NCBI RefSeq assembly: GCF_018977255.1
Contig: NW_024704742.1
Coordinates: forward strand, 52,578,001 to 52,642,000
DNA: 64,000 nt
Direction of reading: 5' to 3'
Origin: Callorhinchus milii
Taxonomy: Eukaryota
Shown: positions 31,801-46,800 of the stretch, piece by piece
Layout of the letters: each line of letters opens with the position of its first letter
Position numbering within the stretch: the first letter of the stretch is position 1
The notes under the pieces: generated by a model
Seen by the model: only the letters and a program-made list of their open reading frames with translations
Told to the model about the DNA's origin: nothing
The model's database searches: none
Position numbers and translations under genes: made by a program

Positions 31801-34800
31801 AGTATTTTGTTCTCAAATAGAATGGAATTTACTTAAGGAGATCCTAGATTCTCCTATTTAAAACTTGTGCACAACAGATCTACAACTTGCATTTAGATAA
31901 CAGGCTTTTCAAGTATTCCTTGAACAGCATTTTAACTGTTCTTTTGAAGCTTAATGTTAATGAAAACAAATGTCATAAATTCATTCACAAATCACAACTG
32001 AAGGAAGACTTGCACTTTCTCACATTACCTGCAATGAAGTGGCGATTTGCTCCCTGAGAAGAGGCTGCCGTTGCATTACACACGGTGTGCTAATGTGTCC
32101 AGTTTTTATTCCCCCATGAACCTGATTGGGTTGAACAGATTGTCCCTGCAGTGTTATGGTTGTAGGCTGTTGGATGTTCGAGGTGTTTCCTGTTGTGAGT
32201 CGGACTGAACTGAAGTTTGCTCCTGTTGATGGCTTTTGGAGAAGCATCTTCAAAGGTAAAAGTTTCATATCAGTTCAAAATAAAATGTTAACAGTATGTA
32301 AATAATACCTATTAGAATAAAGTCACTACAAATAATAGGACATAATGTCAAGGAGAGTTGAATTAAAAACATTTGAAGGGTTATAAACCTTTCAATTTTC
32401 AGCTAGATACATATTCTACCCACAAAATAGTACATGATTAACAATTGCAGCAAGATTTTAGATTCTGTTTTTCTTGCACAGTTGTGAATATGTGAAATTG
32501 ATGGTTAGATAAAGTTGTTAATGTTGCATTCACTAAAACCTTCAAAATGCATTAGGAGAATATCTGCTTTAGAATGCAATAGGGGTATGCTGATGGAAAC
32601 AGTAAAACGCTATGTATAATATGCTGGCTCCTGAACCTCTGGGATCTTGAAATTACTATTTCAACAAAGGCAACGACTGAGTATGAACATTGTAGGTTGT
32701 AACGTTAGACAGGTACTATGACATTTTGGGTGACTTGCCTTTCCTCAGGAAATTAGTTAGGTACAATCCGTTAGATTAGAACATAAGAAATAGGAGCAGG
32801 AGTAGGCCATTTGACCCTTTGAGCCTGTCCCGCCATTTAATAAGATCATGACTGATCTTCTAACCTAATTCCATTTACCCGCCCTATCCCATATCCCTTA
32901 ATCCCTTTAGTTTTTAAAAATCTATCGATCTCAGTCTTGAATATCAATGAATTGTTGAAGTTGCTCTGTGGCATTTCCCCATTTTATTCTTCCTTAAGTC
33001 CTTAAGATAATTTCTAATTCTTTTGTTTTTGAAAGTCACACAACTGATCATGAAGCACTAGATTGTATGTTTCTTTAGTCCCCAAAACACTAACACTATT
33101 TTCTTATTTAGACAAAATTCTAAGATAATCTACCATGTTTTTCAACTATGATGAGAGCCAAACAAGATTCTGTTCCATTTGGATGCATAATACGATGAGC
33201 TGGTTTATTTTGAGTAAAAAAAAAGGACGATAACATGGAATGTTGTCAGAGGATGTTGGTGTTCCAACACATACATTAACTCTATTTAGTTCCCATGCAA
33301 ATGAGTTCGCACTAAAACGTGGCGAGTGAAGACTACGTCATTCACCACAGGATGAGAAATTTGTGGAGTTCTGCAGTGTAGTGGCTAGGGCACTCGTCTC
33401 GCAAGTAAGAGAGCCTAGATTTGTTTCCCGGGCAAGGCAAAACATGGACAAGTTTCCTTACTCCACACTCCTCTGTTTACCATCAGAAGTAGCCGATTGG
33501 CAGATTGCATTTCCAGGGGTAATAATCCCTCCAAAAAAATAATAATTTGATCACTCAATTCATGACTGTTTGTGGGACACTGCTGTGCCATTTAGCTGCC
33601 AAGCTTTGCCCACAAAACATCGTCATTTTACAGTATAGTTTGTGAAGTGCTTTGAAATGTCTTACCAATGTGATAAGGTGCTATATCAAATGCAAGGATT
33701 ATTATCATTAGAAAACAGAATCAACGAATTCATTCTGGATCATTGTTGTGCACTCATAACAACAACAACTTGCATTTATATAGCACCCTTCACACGGTGT
33801 GCATCCTGGAGAACTACCCCCAGGGTCCAGGACTCATAAAATATAACTTTTGAGTGCACAAATGTTACAAATCTAGAGGCCAGGGAGCAAATCCCCTATC
33901 CACTTGCCTGAATTCTGAGGGGTCATGGGAAGAAAAAATAGGGAAGCAGAGAAAATAAAAAGGTGCTCATCTGACCAGGTGAATTGATCTTTTCCCTAAC
34001 CCACCAATGATAAGGGTAGGAATTAATCTGTTGTAATCAACATAAACAAAGGCCTTGGTTAAAATTCCCAAAATACTCAACTGCAGCTACCATTCATTAT
34101 TCTGACATACCTGAACTCCTTGACCCTGAACAAAGTGAAGTTGCTCTTGGATTTTGCGTAGTTCTTCCTGCTGACGCTGTATGTTTGCTTCCAGCATCCG
34201 TGTTCTTTGTTCCAGCTGCTCCTTCAGGTGCTGCATAGCTCCTAACTGTGCTGAGAACTGCAAAGTAGGCTGAACAGAAAATGTAACAATGTCAATCAAC
34301 TGAAGGTTGAAATTCATCAACATATAAAAAATACCAGCTAAAGATAAATCAAAATCTTGTACATTAATCCATCTTCTTTGTAGTGAGACAAATAATAGTT
34401 ATCAATTTATTCTTCATGTTTCTAAAAAAAACATGCAATATGTGTGGTTAGAGTTTTAAACCATCTGTTTAACTGATGAATATTTCCTGAGTAAATGACA
34501 GAGCACACTGAAGTTATTGATCACTGGGAAGAATTGTCAATATTCAACTGTCATATTTTTGTTAAAACGGGGAACAGCCATTAACTTGAATTGGAGGATG
34601 ATTTTACTTTGAACAAACCCACCTTAGCAGGCGGATGGTAACAAATAACAAACATCGAATGAGAAAAATTAGGGTGCTAACATTAACAATACGTAAAATC
34701 TTGCTGAATTTTCCAAAACAAAGAAAACCTAAGTTTAGAAATTGGTACCTGTGTGAGGCTTGGCTGAATTTGTATAGAAGCACCAGGTTCACCAAGGATG

Positions 34801-37800
34801 GGTTGTGAAAGTGTTACTGTTTGAGCATTCACTGTCTGTTAATGCAAGAATGGGGAAAAAAAACTTACACCAATAATTCTTTGACCAGCACCATAACCCA
34901 ATTGAAAGAAGGCAAAGCTAGTTTTACAATGACAGTACATTACAAAACAATGAATATATTGTGTGCACCAATATAATGATTCTCAACTATAACAGCAATT
35001 TAAACAGCACCCTCCACTTAGGATAATATCTCAGACCGCTTTACAATGATGTGGTTGGATGCAAAGCAGGGGAAGTGGGGAGGTGCGTTTGAAAAGGTAG
35101 GTTTTAAGGTGTGATTTGAAGACAAGAGAGCGAACAGAGGAGTAGAGGGAGGAAGTACCAGAGGTTAGGGGCATAGAATCTGAAAATTCAGCCACCGATG
35201 GAGTAATGCTAAAGCAAACTGCAGTTGTTTACGGTTCTTGCAGTAAACTTGAGTTAGCCAAGCAGATGTGGGTTTAGGAGGCGATCAGAGAAATAGGGAG
35301 GTTCTAGGGTCTGAAGGGATTTATAGGTAAGGATGTTGAAATCGATCTGCTGGGAGCCAGGGAGACTTGCAAGGACTGTTTCTATCCCCTTCTATTTTGG
35401 AAGGTGCCTATTGGGGTATACAGAATACCAGATATTGACTGAACGACACAAATACAGTGGAATCCACTTTGGCCAGACGCATTGGGGCAGGGAGTTTTAT
35501 CCGATTTACTCAGCGTCCGGTAACCAATATTCTTACCTCTCTCTTCTCGCCATCTCCACTGGTGAGTACCTCTTTCCTCCCATTACCGTTCCCATTGGAC
35601 GGGAAGGTGTCAATCACTCGGAGCTGCTACTAATTCATCCCCTCCCTATGCACCGGATGCAATCACTGCCCCCCACCCCTCCGCCAGCCGCTTGTGACTG
35701 AATGGAATCCACTGTCAATCGCATCCTGGCACTGCTTGTGGCTAAATGGAGCCATTCGAGACACAGAAAACACGAGCGAGTACATTCAGCAGTGACCAGC
35801 ATGGCATTTTGACCAGATTATCAGGATTTTCATCCAAATTAACAGGCATATTTAAAAAACGGTCAGAATACATCTGAATCAGGGCTGAGCATTTCATCCA
35901 ATTTACCCGGTGTCTGGGGTTAACTGACGTCCTGACCCAACTGTACAGCGCCTTGGGACGTCCTCCCGACGTGAAAGGCGCTCAATAAATGGAATCTTGT
36001 TGTTGTTGTTGTCCAGCTAAAGCAGATTTCAATGCATTAAAATAGCAGTTTGACACCATTAGCCCACAGCTGCAATAAAACAAATCTACAGCTCGGTTTA
36101 AAATCTCTCAAATCTTACCTGGCTGTTTAATGATGACCTTCTTTGTGGGGTCATTTCACGACCTGATGCAATCGTCTGCTGAGTAGGGATACTGGTTTCA
36201 GTCTGCAGTTTAGAGGATGTTGCTGTTATAATAAAAATAGAAAAACAATTAATAAAAAAACTAATTTGATTGAAGAATTCCAAGAAAAATGTAAAGTAAT
36301 TCACTAATGACCTTGAGCTGAAATGTATGAAAACATACATATAACTATCATTTTTTTCAACTGCTGACATTCCAATGGATACAAAACTTTTCTGCCTAGT
36401 GCTGGGTATATATGGGACGTTGTCCCAACGTGAAAGGCGCTATACACATGTAATTTTGTTGTATATACAACTTCCTGCAGTCTTTCATAATCCTTGAAAA
36501 AATTGCTACCGCCTCTCTTTTCCCCCCCACCCCATCGGCAAATTTCAATGTAAAATAAATAAGAGGACTGTACTTACACACTGGATCAGAGATGGCAGTG
36601 TATGATGAAGACTTCCTTGAACTCGTAGAGGAAGCAGATGTTGCCCTACTGTGATCAAATCTTTCTAATGCCTCCTTCAGACTCACTGTGTTCAGCTTTG
36701 TGTCAGAACTAAAATCCTGAATGAAAGAGTGAAGACATTTCTTTCTCATCTCCTCTCTGGTTCTTTTGCCAATTAATGGTTACTTAGTGGCAAAAAATAC
36801 CACAACTGACATTTATTTAGTAATTTTCTCATTGGAGGATGTCTCAAAGTGCTGGCTTGGCACCCAAGCCTGGGGTGGGAGCCAAAGGGAGTGGGAAGAA
36901 GGAAGATGGCCAAAAGCATAGTCAAAGAGGCCTTGAATGGAGGAAGGGACCGAATGAGTTGGAGAGGCTCTGGAATGGAGTTGAAGAGGGTGGAGCAGAA
37001 TGGCAGAAAGCTTACCTGTTATTGGTAAGGCATATCAAAGGCTGAGTGTTCAGGCTGAGTTGGTAGGGTTCATAATCATAGAATTATACAGCACAGAAGG
37101 AGGCCATTTGACCCATCTAGTCTGTGCTGGCTCTTTTGAAAGAGCTATCCAAATCAATCCCACTCCTCCACTCTCTCCCCATAGCCCTGTAAATGTGTGC
37201 TCCCCAAGGAGGTTGAAGGAGGTTGCAAGGCATTTAAAGGTGAGAATGAGGATCTTCAAATTTGATCGGTTGGGGGATAGGGAGCCAATGCAACAGAGCA
37301 AGGATGGGGCATGATAGGCTCACAGAGCCTAGTGTGGGAGAGGACACAGGCTTCACAATTCTGCATAGCTTACAGATTGTGTGGGGAAAAGGAAAAAGCA
37401 AGTAAGCTCTCAGCACCTAGTGAGAAACCACATAACGACCAGATTTTCCTGCTAATCAGTCTCAACACTGGATATTTTCTGGAGAAGATGCAACAATTGT
37501 TTCATAGTTTCTTCGAACATCTGTAACCAATTATTCCATATGATATAATAGACTTCTAGAATAAAGTATATAAAATAAAGTAATTTTAGAAGTACTTCCA
37601 TCAATCTCATGTAATTTTACTGTTCCAGTGTTCTTCTCTATATCAGAGACTGAGTGCAGAGACTAAGTGAACATTTATTTTCTGTTTGTAAATATCCTTG
37701 TGCTTCATTAATTTACTAACCTTCATCCCATTTTGATCTTCCTCTCCCTGGTTTCCTATAATACTCCAGATACATTTAAGGCAAACTTCATGAGTTTTCT

Positions 37801-40800
37801 TCTTGGCACTCTTTACATTGACGAGACCGAATTGGCTTAATATGTATTTTTTCATTTTTGGATTCTATTGCATTCCATCCCCCGATATGTTGTTTTTAAC
37901 AAAGTTGTACTGGACTATCATGCTTTTCTCTAATACCGTATTTTACATGTTTATTGGTGTCTTAATGTTTTAATTTCCTTGGTTCGATTTGCTTTTGTCA
38001 ATTGTTTTCATTGTTTGTTTTTTTGATCAGCCAGGTATATGCACAAAGCCATCATTATGCTTAACAGTATCCAAATCAATCAGGGTTCCATGCATCCCAC
38101 CCTAGACGTGGAAATTCATGTGTATTGGAATGGAATGCGCACATTCCATCTCTCGATTGATAAAGGCAAATCAATTGTAGGGATATGCCCAGCCCAAGTG
38201 TTCCAATTCTGATAAAAGTTCAGTTTTGCAATGTTAACTTCAGGTGCTGATTTGATCTGCTGCTTATTTACAACATTTTCTGTTTTTATTTCAGATTTTC
38301 AGCATTTTGTTTTCTTGTCTGTGGAGTAAAATGAATCTGTAATTCATCCTGACAACCCAGATGTTTTGGTATTTATTACAGTATCTTACCTTATCTATAG
38401 CAATCTCTGGTGGAGGATCTTTTACGCTAAGTTCTCTCCTCCTTTCTGCTCGTACTTCTGCATAGCTATAAAGCCAAAGAAAACTAGATACATAATTGAG
38501 AATAGCCCATGGAATAATATCCACATAATAGTTTCAACTTCAAGCTTATATATAAATGGAGTGGATCTAGAATTTTAGGATGACCCACACACACGACGAA
38601 ACCAACACATGAAACAGAAGTTCAAACTAACTACCTGCTTAACTCACATTCTCTCTTTCCCTAACACTGTATTTACAGTTTTCTTCCTTCCCATTTAGGC
38701 ATGGATTAGCACATTCCATCCCAGAGGCTCCTGAGCCAAATCTCTCACACAGTGAACATTCATCCTCAGAGCAGCTCCAACTCTTTTACCCATTTTCAAG
38801 TGCCAACCTCTGCCTACATAGAGTATCCCTGATCATACTTTTGGCATATGTGCAGGAGATCAGGTGCTCCACCTCAAAGAAAATCCTACATTTCAAACAA
38901 CTGGCAACTTACCCGCTATTAATACCCTTAAGCAAAACATCTTTTAAAACTAGTCTTGCCTCCGGGTGATTACACAACTGCTATGCAGCATGAATGCAAT
39001 TGTGTGGAATATAAATATAATGAGTTACATTCTTCACACCATTAGCAACATCCTGTAACTACAAAGTTGAAAATAATTAATTGTGTATTTCAGGGACCAC
39101 CACCATTGTATTATTTCTTTGGGGTTTACACCTCTCAGAAGGACTGAAATAATACACATGAACAAATTAATGGTAACTTGAAAACAAATTTAAATGCTGA
39201 ACTTACTTATTCCTAATGGGTCTGGGATTTCCAAAACTATTTGTGCCATTTCATTCTTTTTTTTTCTTAGTTATATCTTCCAAACTATGGGAAGAAACTC
39301 TCCCTATGTTGTTATATACAATATAACAATATCTATCCCTATATACCAGAGTCTATTACATGCCGTGTACATGAAGATAGAATAAAAAATGCCCTTGATT
39401 ATATAATTACTTAATTCTTTTCACTGGTTGTTTAATTAAGGGCACGTATTATTCTCTCAGTAAATCTGATTTTCATATTAATTGTACTATACGTTTTACT
39501 TCAGGTCATCCAATTTCTGTGGCAGAAAAAAATACATTTTATATTTGAATAAAAATTATTCACAAGATTTGGGCAGGACAGATGGTAACTTGGTTACATT
39601 CTGATAATCATATACATTAATCAAAGTGATGTTTAACTGCTTTAAATTTATTGCAGAAAATCCTTTACCTTACAACAGTATGTGTACAGACTATGAATTC
39701 TGGCCTGGAGTTCCACTGATGATAAGTAATGTAATAATGAGTCTGAAGCCAGATCCATTGTTGTCCTTTTGTAAGAAACCTGTAGTAGCAAGACTTGCCC
39801 TTTCCATACTGCATTACTAAATAAAGAAACAAAAATCAAATAAATCAACATGAATTAATTAAAACTATCACAAACATTTTTACTTCACATAATATGAAAA
39901 AATCTATCAGCCATACACCAACAATTCAAATGTTGAAACTATAATGGTACAACATGAAGATACCCTAATAACCATGGGATGTCTGGGCGATGTAACACAG
40001 TATATGTAACACTTGTGTATTATGTTGTAGGAATTACTTGAGTACTTAATTATGTACTTAACTAAAAAAATGATTTATTAATTATGTAATCACTTTTTAT
40101 GGCGGTTAATTACATGAAAAAAGGTACCTGTAATGTTCTTATCTACATGGCACGGCACATAATACAGATGCTTTTATAAATGGTTTACACATCTCACATA
40201 ATTGACTCCCAAGTGACTCATTTTCTTCTTTGCATTCATGAACAATTTCCGTGTCATTATAAGTGAATTCAGAATTACAAATGACAAATATTCTCACTTT
40301 TACATAACAGTCCCCACTCCTCTTCCATTTTGCCACAATCCTATCATTAAGGCTCTAAATTTGAAACCTATAATAATGTTCGAGGCAGGTACTATGTACT
40401 TAGTGTATCTTTTTTACAAATAGACTCAAAACATGGATTCAATATTGTTTTTCATCATAATCCATGGCCCACTGTACGAGTTTTGTTGTCCTCACGAATC
40501 TAATAGAGTATAAGTTTCAAAATCTCAAACATCCATAGATATATCTGGTTATATTAACTGAATGAACTAAACTAGTGATCAATTAGTTCTCTTTTATGTA
40601 AGAATGGAGAGATACTGCAAAGAAAATGATCTTAGGATTGCAGTAAAATACAGCCCCAAGTCTTAGCCTATAAAGCCAGTTTTATCTTAAAATGTAACAT
40701 TGCACAAAACTGTGGAAAACACAATTGGAATCTTAATTTGGAAGCTAGTTCTGAAAAAGAACCGGCTTCCAAATTAAACAGAGATTAAGAATGTTCCACA

Positions 40801-43800
40801 CTTCTGTGCTATCTTAAATTTTCAGACAAAATGGTCTAAACAGGTTAAGACAAAGTGGAATTTCAGGCTTGTCATTCGTTGCCTGTCTTAGCCAGAAGAT
40901 GCCAGTGCCAGATACAGATCTTCATCCACTATGACTAGAAATTGGGTACTACAGAAGAAACCCTTTAAGTGACATGATGAATTCTCATGGTGAATGCAAT
41001 AAGTCTTCTATTCTTCTACAAATAATTTGATCATTTGTCATTTAAGTCCATTCAACTACCTTGAGAGAAATGGCAAAGGGAGACTACTTACCATAGTATT
41101 TCCTGTTATCCCAAAGAAGGGTCCTCCATAAACATACAGGACCACCCTTCCAACACCTCTCGTCAGGAAAACTGGTAGATCAAAAAAGAATTGCCAATGG
41201 TCAGTGGGGCACATTTTATCTACAAAAGTCAACACCCACCACGTGATTGCACTCACAAGACCCTTTTGAGAAATTCTGACAATTTCCATGAATGTGAGCT
41301 ACATCACGCTGCGTGTGTGTTGAAGGCCCTTCTTTGAGGACAAGAATTACTCTGCCGAGTAATTTTGTTTATCACTTTAATTTCTCTCTTGATAGGATGG
41401 ACTTAAACAGTGATTAATAAAATCTCTAAAAAAGAATCTTACTGCATTCACCGTGAAAATGAAGTATGCTGAATGATTCCATTTAAAGTACTCAAATTCT
41501 GGCTTATAGGCTGTTTGAGCAGATAGGGAAGATTGAACAGGGAAGATATACATTTGTGTAGAAAGAAGCATTAGGATATTTGAGAATTTAGTGTGATTCA
41601 ACAAGAAAAATGTCTAGTGAAGAGTTACAATCGGAATGTTTGATTGTAACACGATCTCTCGCAAACGTCTTAGAGTACATCCCTGTTATAACACACTTTG
41701 TTGTAAAGCTAATTAGTTTAAAATGCAAATGGAGAGTGGAACCCATGCACAACGCACAATAAGTTATGTGGAAGCAATCTGATTGACTTTTGTTTAGTAC
41801 AGGAGCCAGCCAGCTGCACACATTCACAGTGAAACCGACCTTGTTGTAAGGGACGTTAGGATATTATGGACCCCCAATTACTGCCTTACAAGAGTCCACA
41901 GTAATAGAAACAAGTGAATTTTCCACAGAATCAATAAAACCGAGGCAAGTCAGGTGGGGGGGATGTGGGGGGGTGGGTGGGGCGGGGGGTAGGGATCCAG
42001 TCTGGGGAGAAAGAATTTCCGGCTAAGTGTAATTACAATGCTGATACTGGCATTTACCGGCTTTTTTCGGCAATGTCTTTTTTCAGTGCAGAAATATGAC
42101 GGCATTGTAATTGTTTGAATCCTGCAAATAGGCTGTACTCTGCTCATGGGATTCAAACTGAGTCAAGGTCGATATCCCTGACCACTGTGAAGGCCAGCAA
42201 GGATGCTGAGGCAGAGGCTTGCGCTCGCAGGAGTCTACACACACGTGGGCTCACAGTTGTTTTTGAATTTTTAAGTTTCAGGCACGATACGACTAGGTCC
42301 GAATTCCAGATGCACAGAGTCCAGTCAGCCACGGGTTTACTGTAATTATTTTCTGAACTGGGAATACAATGGGAGCTGCACAGAAAAGCAATTGTAAAAT
42401 TCCTATTGTGAAACTTCTTAAAAAGGAAACAACAATTCTTCCAGTAATCAAAGATAAAAGGATTCCAAATGACTGAAGAGCTACAGACATGAGAAAGTTC
42501 ACAAATAATATATTTGAAAATATATTTGGATAAACTGTGCAGATTAAAGGGAAACTTTAAAAGACTTTTAATGTTTACTTCAGACTATTAATTGTATGCA
42601 GAAAAACTTAAAAATTGAATACTCATTTTTGCTTCTAAGAAGGAAATCAATTTTAGTCAAGTTGTGCCATGTTTTACTACATAAGCATGTGAATTTTATA
42701 TCTGAATTAATCTATTTAAATAATTAGATCATGATAAATTTAGGAACATTTGGTGGCAGCAAAGCAATACAACCATTTTGAATCATTCATGTAGATTTAA
42801 GGCTTTGTTCTGCTTTTTGAATATAAGATTACTCTATTTTTCTCCAGCAAAATCCTTCAAAAGATACTTACAATGTTCATGACACTTCGCCAAATTCTCT
42901 AGATCATCCACATGATAGTAATCATAGCCAGATGTGCCCAGTACCTCAAATGGTAGATAGCCTATAATTGGAGGCGCCCTAGATTAAATACAAGGATCAA
43001 ATAAAGGTATTTAACATTTTACAAAATACAATTGGGCTGATATACATATTTTATGGACATTTCACCCTATCAAAAAAATCTAAGTGCTATGTAAACCACA
43101 CCTATAACAATAGCTATACACATCCATAACAAAATTAACAGTTGGCATAATATATACTATCAGCACCTCTTTTACATTTTATAATAAACTGATAAATTCA
43201 TGATAATTTTAAAATAACATTAGATTGAGAACATTTGATTGGTTATACAATGTTCCATTATTTGCTTATGCAGTTATCAGGTCACATTTGTTGTAGCCAG
43301 TACATCATGTGAGATTGACTTCTATTTTGAAAACTAAAGTACAGTACATTTAACATATTCTTATAAAGGAACATAGGAATGTACCATTAAGAATGTTCCA
43401 AAGTAAAAATCGCATCTTTGCTTACACCTTAAATTAAATTAGAGAGCATAGTGAGGCTCTCTACGTATGTCAGATATCCGTCAGTATATCTATTCAAACA
43501 TCGAAAACAAGACTTAGTATGGTTTGCTAATCAAGGTGCTGCAATAGTATTGTGTTAATCTTTTTCTTCCGTTTCATTTTTCTTTTACCTGATCTTTTTT
43601 TTAAATCAAATTTCTTGCTAATTTCTCTTTCACTTCCTATTTGGCCAATTGACTTTTGGTCTCTGATTGAACTGAAGCAACTGAGAGATTGATTAACAAC
43701 TGAGGTAAGAAGCAGTAAAGTCTAGTCAATAAAAACTGACTTATTAAAATACTTTTTGACAGGCTGACTATGATATTTTTATATGCACTCAATTTGCCTT

Positions 43801-46800
43801 CATAACTAATGGGACATCCTCCCGACATGAAAAGTGCTTAGCAAATGTAATTTTGTTGTTTTTAATAGTAAACTATAATACAGGCCATTTTTTTAAATTA
43901 ATCTTGAATCAGGCAACAAACCTGTGATCCAGAAACAAGAATTTCCATTCTAAGCTATGCCTCGATGTGAATTCTTCATTTGGCTCTTCAACAGAACACA
44001 TTTCCTGTATTTAAAAATAAATCATTTAGGTCATTTTGTACTGCTTTTGCACACCTGTTTCACATATGGTATTATTTACAGAAATATTCTGGAAGATAAA
44101 AAGTAAATATTGTACTTAACAAGACAAAAAAAATCATTAACTTTGCTTACAAAATACAGTCATTGCAATGTAATGCAAAAATTTTGTTTAGAGTTTTGAG
44201 ATGTGAATAATAATTTATGAAGGAGAATGTGAGGTGTTACAGTTTGGTTAAAAAAATAAAAAGGAGCTGAGGAACAGATGGACTTGGGAGTTCAGATACA
44301 TACATAGGTCATTGAAATTGGCATCACAAGTGACATAGGCTGTAAAGAATATAGGAACAGGAGTAGGCCATTCAGCCCCTCGAGGCTGTTACGCCATTCT
44401 ATAAGATCATGCTGATCTGTACCTCAACTCCAATTATCCGCCCTTGCCCCACATCCTTTGATAACCTTACTTAACAAAAATTATCCACCTCAGTCTTAAA
44501 AATTTGAATGGATCCAGCATCCACAGCTTTTTGGGGGGGAAGAGTTCCAGATTTCCACAACCCTTTGTGTGAAGGCTGGAATTTATACACAGAGGCATTG
44601 AGTACAAAAATAATTATGCCAAGTTTGTATAACTCATTTGTTAAGCCATAACTGGAGTATTGCATCTAGTTTGGGGCATCACCCTTCAGAAAATATGTTA
44701 GGGTCTTGGAAGAGGTACAGAGGAGTTTAAATGATTCCAGGGATGAAGGGCTACAGTTATGAAGAGAGGCAGAAGAAGCTGGGTCTGTTTTCATTGGAGC
44801 AGAGAGGGTTGAGGGGGTACCTAATTGATGTGAACAAAATCATGAGGGGTTTTATTAGGGTAAATAGAAGTTATTTCCATTGATAGGGGAGTCGGTAACT
44901 AGGTTATATAATTATGATAGCCACAGAGCGAAAGAAGGAAAGAAGGAATTTTTTCATCCAGATAGTTGTTGGAATATGGAATGCCGTTCCGTGTAGGGTG
45001 GTGGAGGTGGAGTCCATTGTGGCTTTCAAGAGGGAAGTAGACCAACATTTGAAGGTGTATGGGGATAATGTGAGGTAGTGGGATTGAACTGATATCCTTG
45101 CACTGTGAGCTGGTGCAGGCTTGATGGGCCAAATGGCCTCCTTCTGTGCTGTTGATTTTTATCTTTCTAGTCTCATCATAAGATGCAACATCAAATTCAA
45201 GGATTTTTATTAATATAAGTGTCAAATATACCTTAATAAATTGTGGTGTGGCTAATCTGACAGTTGCTACAAAGCAAACTCTGTCTTCATATGGTGGCCT
45301 TAATGATCTTTGTATAACTCCTTGAAAGCCACTTCGTATAGGATTAGGCACTGCAATAAACAAAAATCCATCATGATACTTCATAAAAAGAAAGAAGGTG
45401 AAAAATTAAAAATCTACAAACCTAAAAGGTCTTATCAAGATCCATTTAAAGAACTAAACTCTTATAAGAATTACTGTTTAATTTAATCTATTATTAATTT
45501 GGAATGTTGTGTATAACTTAAGTTAATGCGATGGATAGTTTACAGAGGATTAAAGATATTAGGATTTAAGTAAATCTAAAAGGATTATTCATTGGAGAAA
45601 ATGACATTTAAGCAAAAAACAGAGATGACCAAATAGCCTGCGGAACCCGATCATATCACCACAGAAATGTCACCTGTAGAAAACAACTGCCCATATTTGA
45701 ATACAAGGATTATTATTATTAATAAGACTGCCCAAACACATTTCACATTGAATCCTTAAAGCAGCGCATGTATAATTTTATCTTATTAGTCAGAACTCCA
45801 TTGAACCCAGATTCTTAAAGGTGAATGACAAGTGCACAAAAAACCCTTAACCCCTGCCCCACTCCTCCAACCCCCACACAATTTTGAAAAATATTTTGAA
45901 GTAAAAGTATTTTTAAGGTTTACCAAAGACTAATCAACTGGTTGGGCAGGTTGTTTGAAAGAAATTGCTGAGTTAATATAGTTAATATATTGTTTCTGAA
46001 AAAAATTATTTGGACCTCTTGATATTACAATTATGAAGTTAATTTAACTCTCTCATATTCATAAGTATATAATTCTCCCAACTTGGTTCCAGAAACTAAA
46101 AACAATAAGTATAAGACAAACAAGACGCATTACAGTTAGTCATGTTGGTTTTTAAATAGTCTCATTTTTTATTTTAAAAGCCATGTTAGTCATGTTAAAT
46201 GTTTATTTAAAAATAATCCTACAAGTATGGAATGATGTGATTCTGCTTTTAAAGCATGTATTAGCAAAGAAATCTCCAAGATCACTTGCTGTAGTCAAAC
46301 TTGAGGCTCAATAACAATTCATACTGCAAGATTAGGCACCACAAAGAACTCAGTTTATCAGATGAAGGTATTCATACATATAAAACAGTGCAAGTGTAAA
46401 TGAAGGTAAACATGACTAAAAATCCAATCCGTTGACTAACCAATTAACTTACCATTATTCAATGATTTTAAACTTCCTATGAATCTTACATATTCATATA
46501 CAGGAGCTTGTTTATCGTCAGTTGTTCCTCTTACCATATGGCAACAGAATTCTAGCTGATTACTTGCTATAAAAAGGAAAGAAAATGATCGTGAAAATCC
46601 AATCCCAGTACCACAAAGAAAATAAATAGCTAATTTAATACCAACAGAGAAATAAGACTGTCTATTTTGCAGTGTCTGCTTCATTTGTGAATGAATGCAT
46701 CTTCCTTCAATTCCTAGGAGTAAGGCCAGATCATCAAGAGGGAACTGTGAGTATTAAGGCACTCAACTAACTGCTTCTGTAAAGGACATTCCTTCTCACC

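Noticed and set aside
41610..41905. Possible Tc1/pogo-type MITE relics (also about 54056-54435)
   Set aside because: Gttataac-type motifs are suggestive, but matching terminal inverted repeats and TA duplications could not be established by eye.
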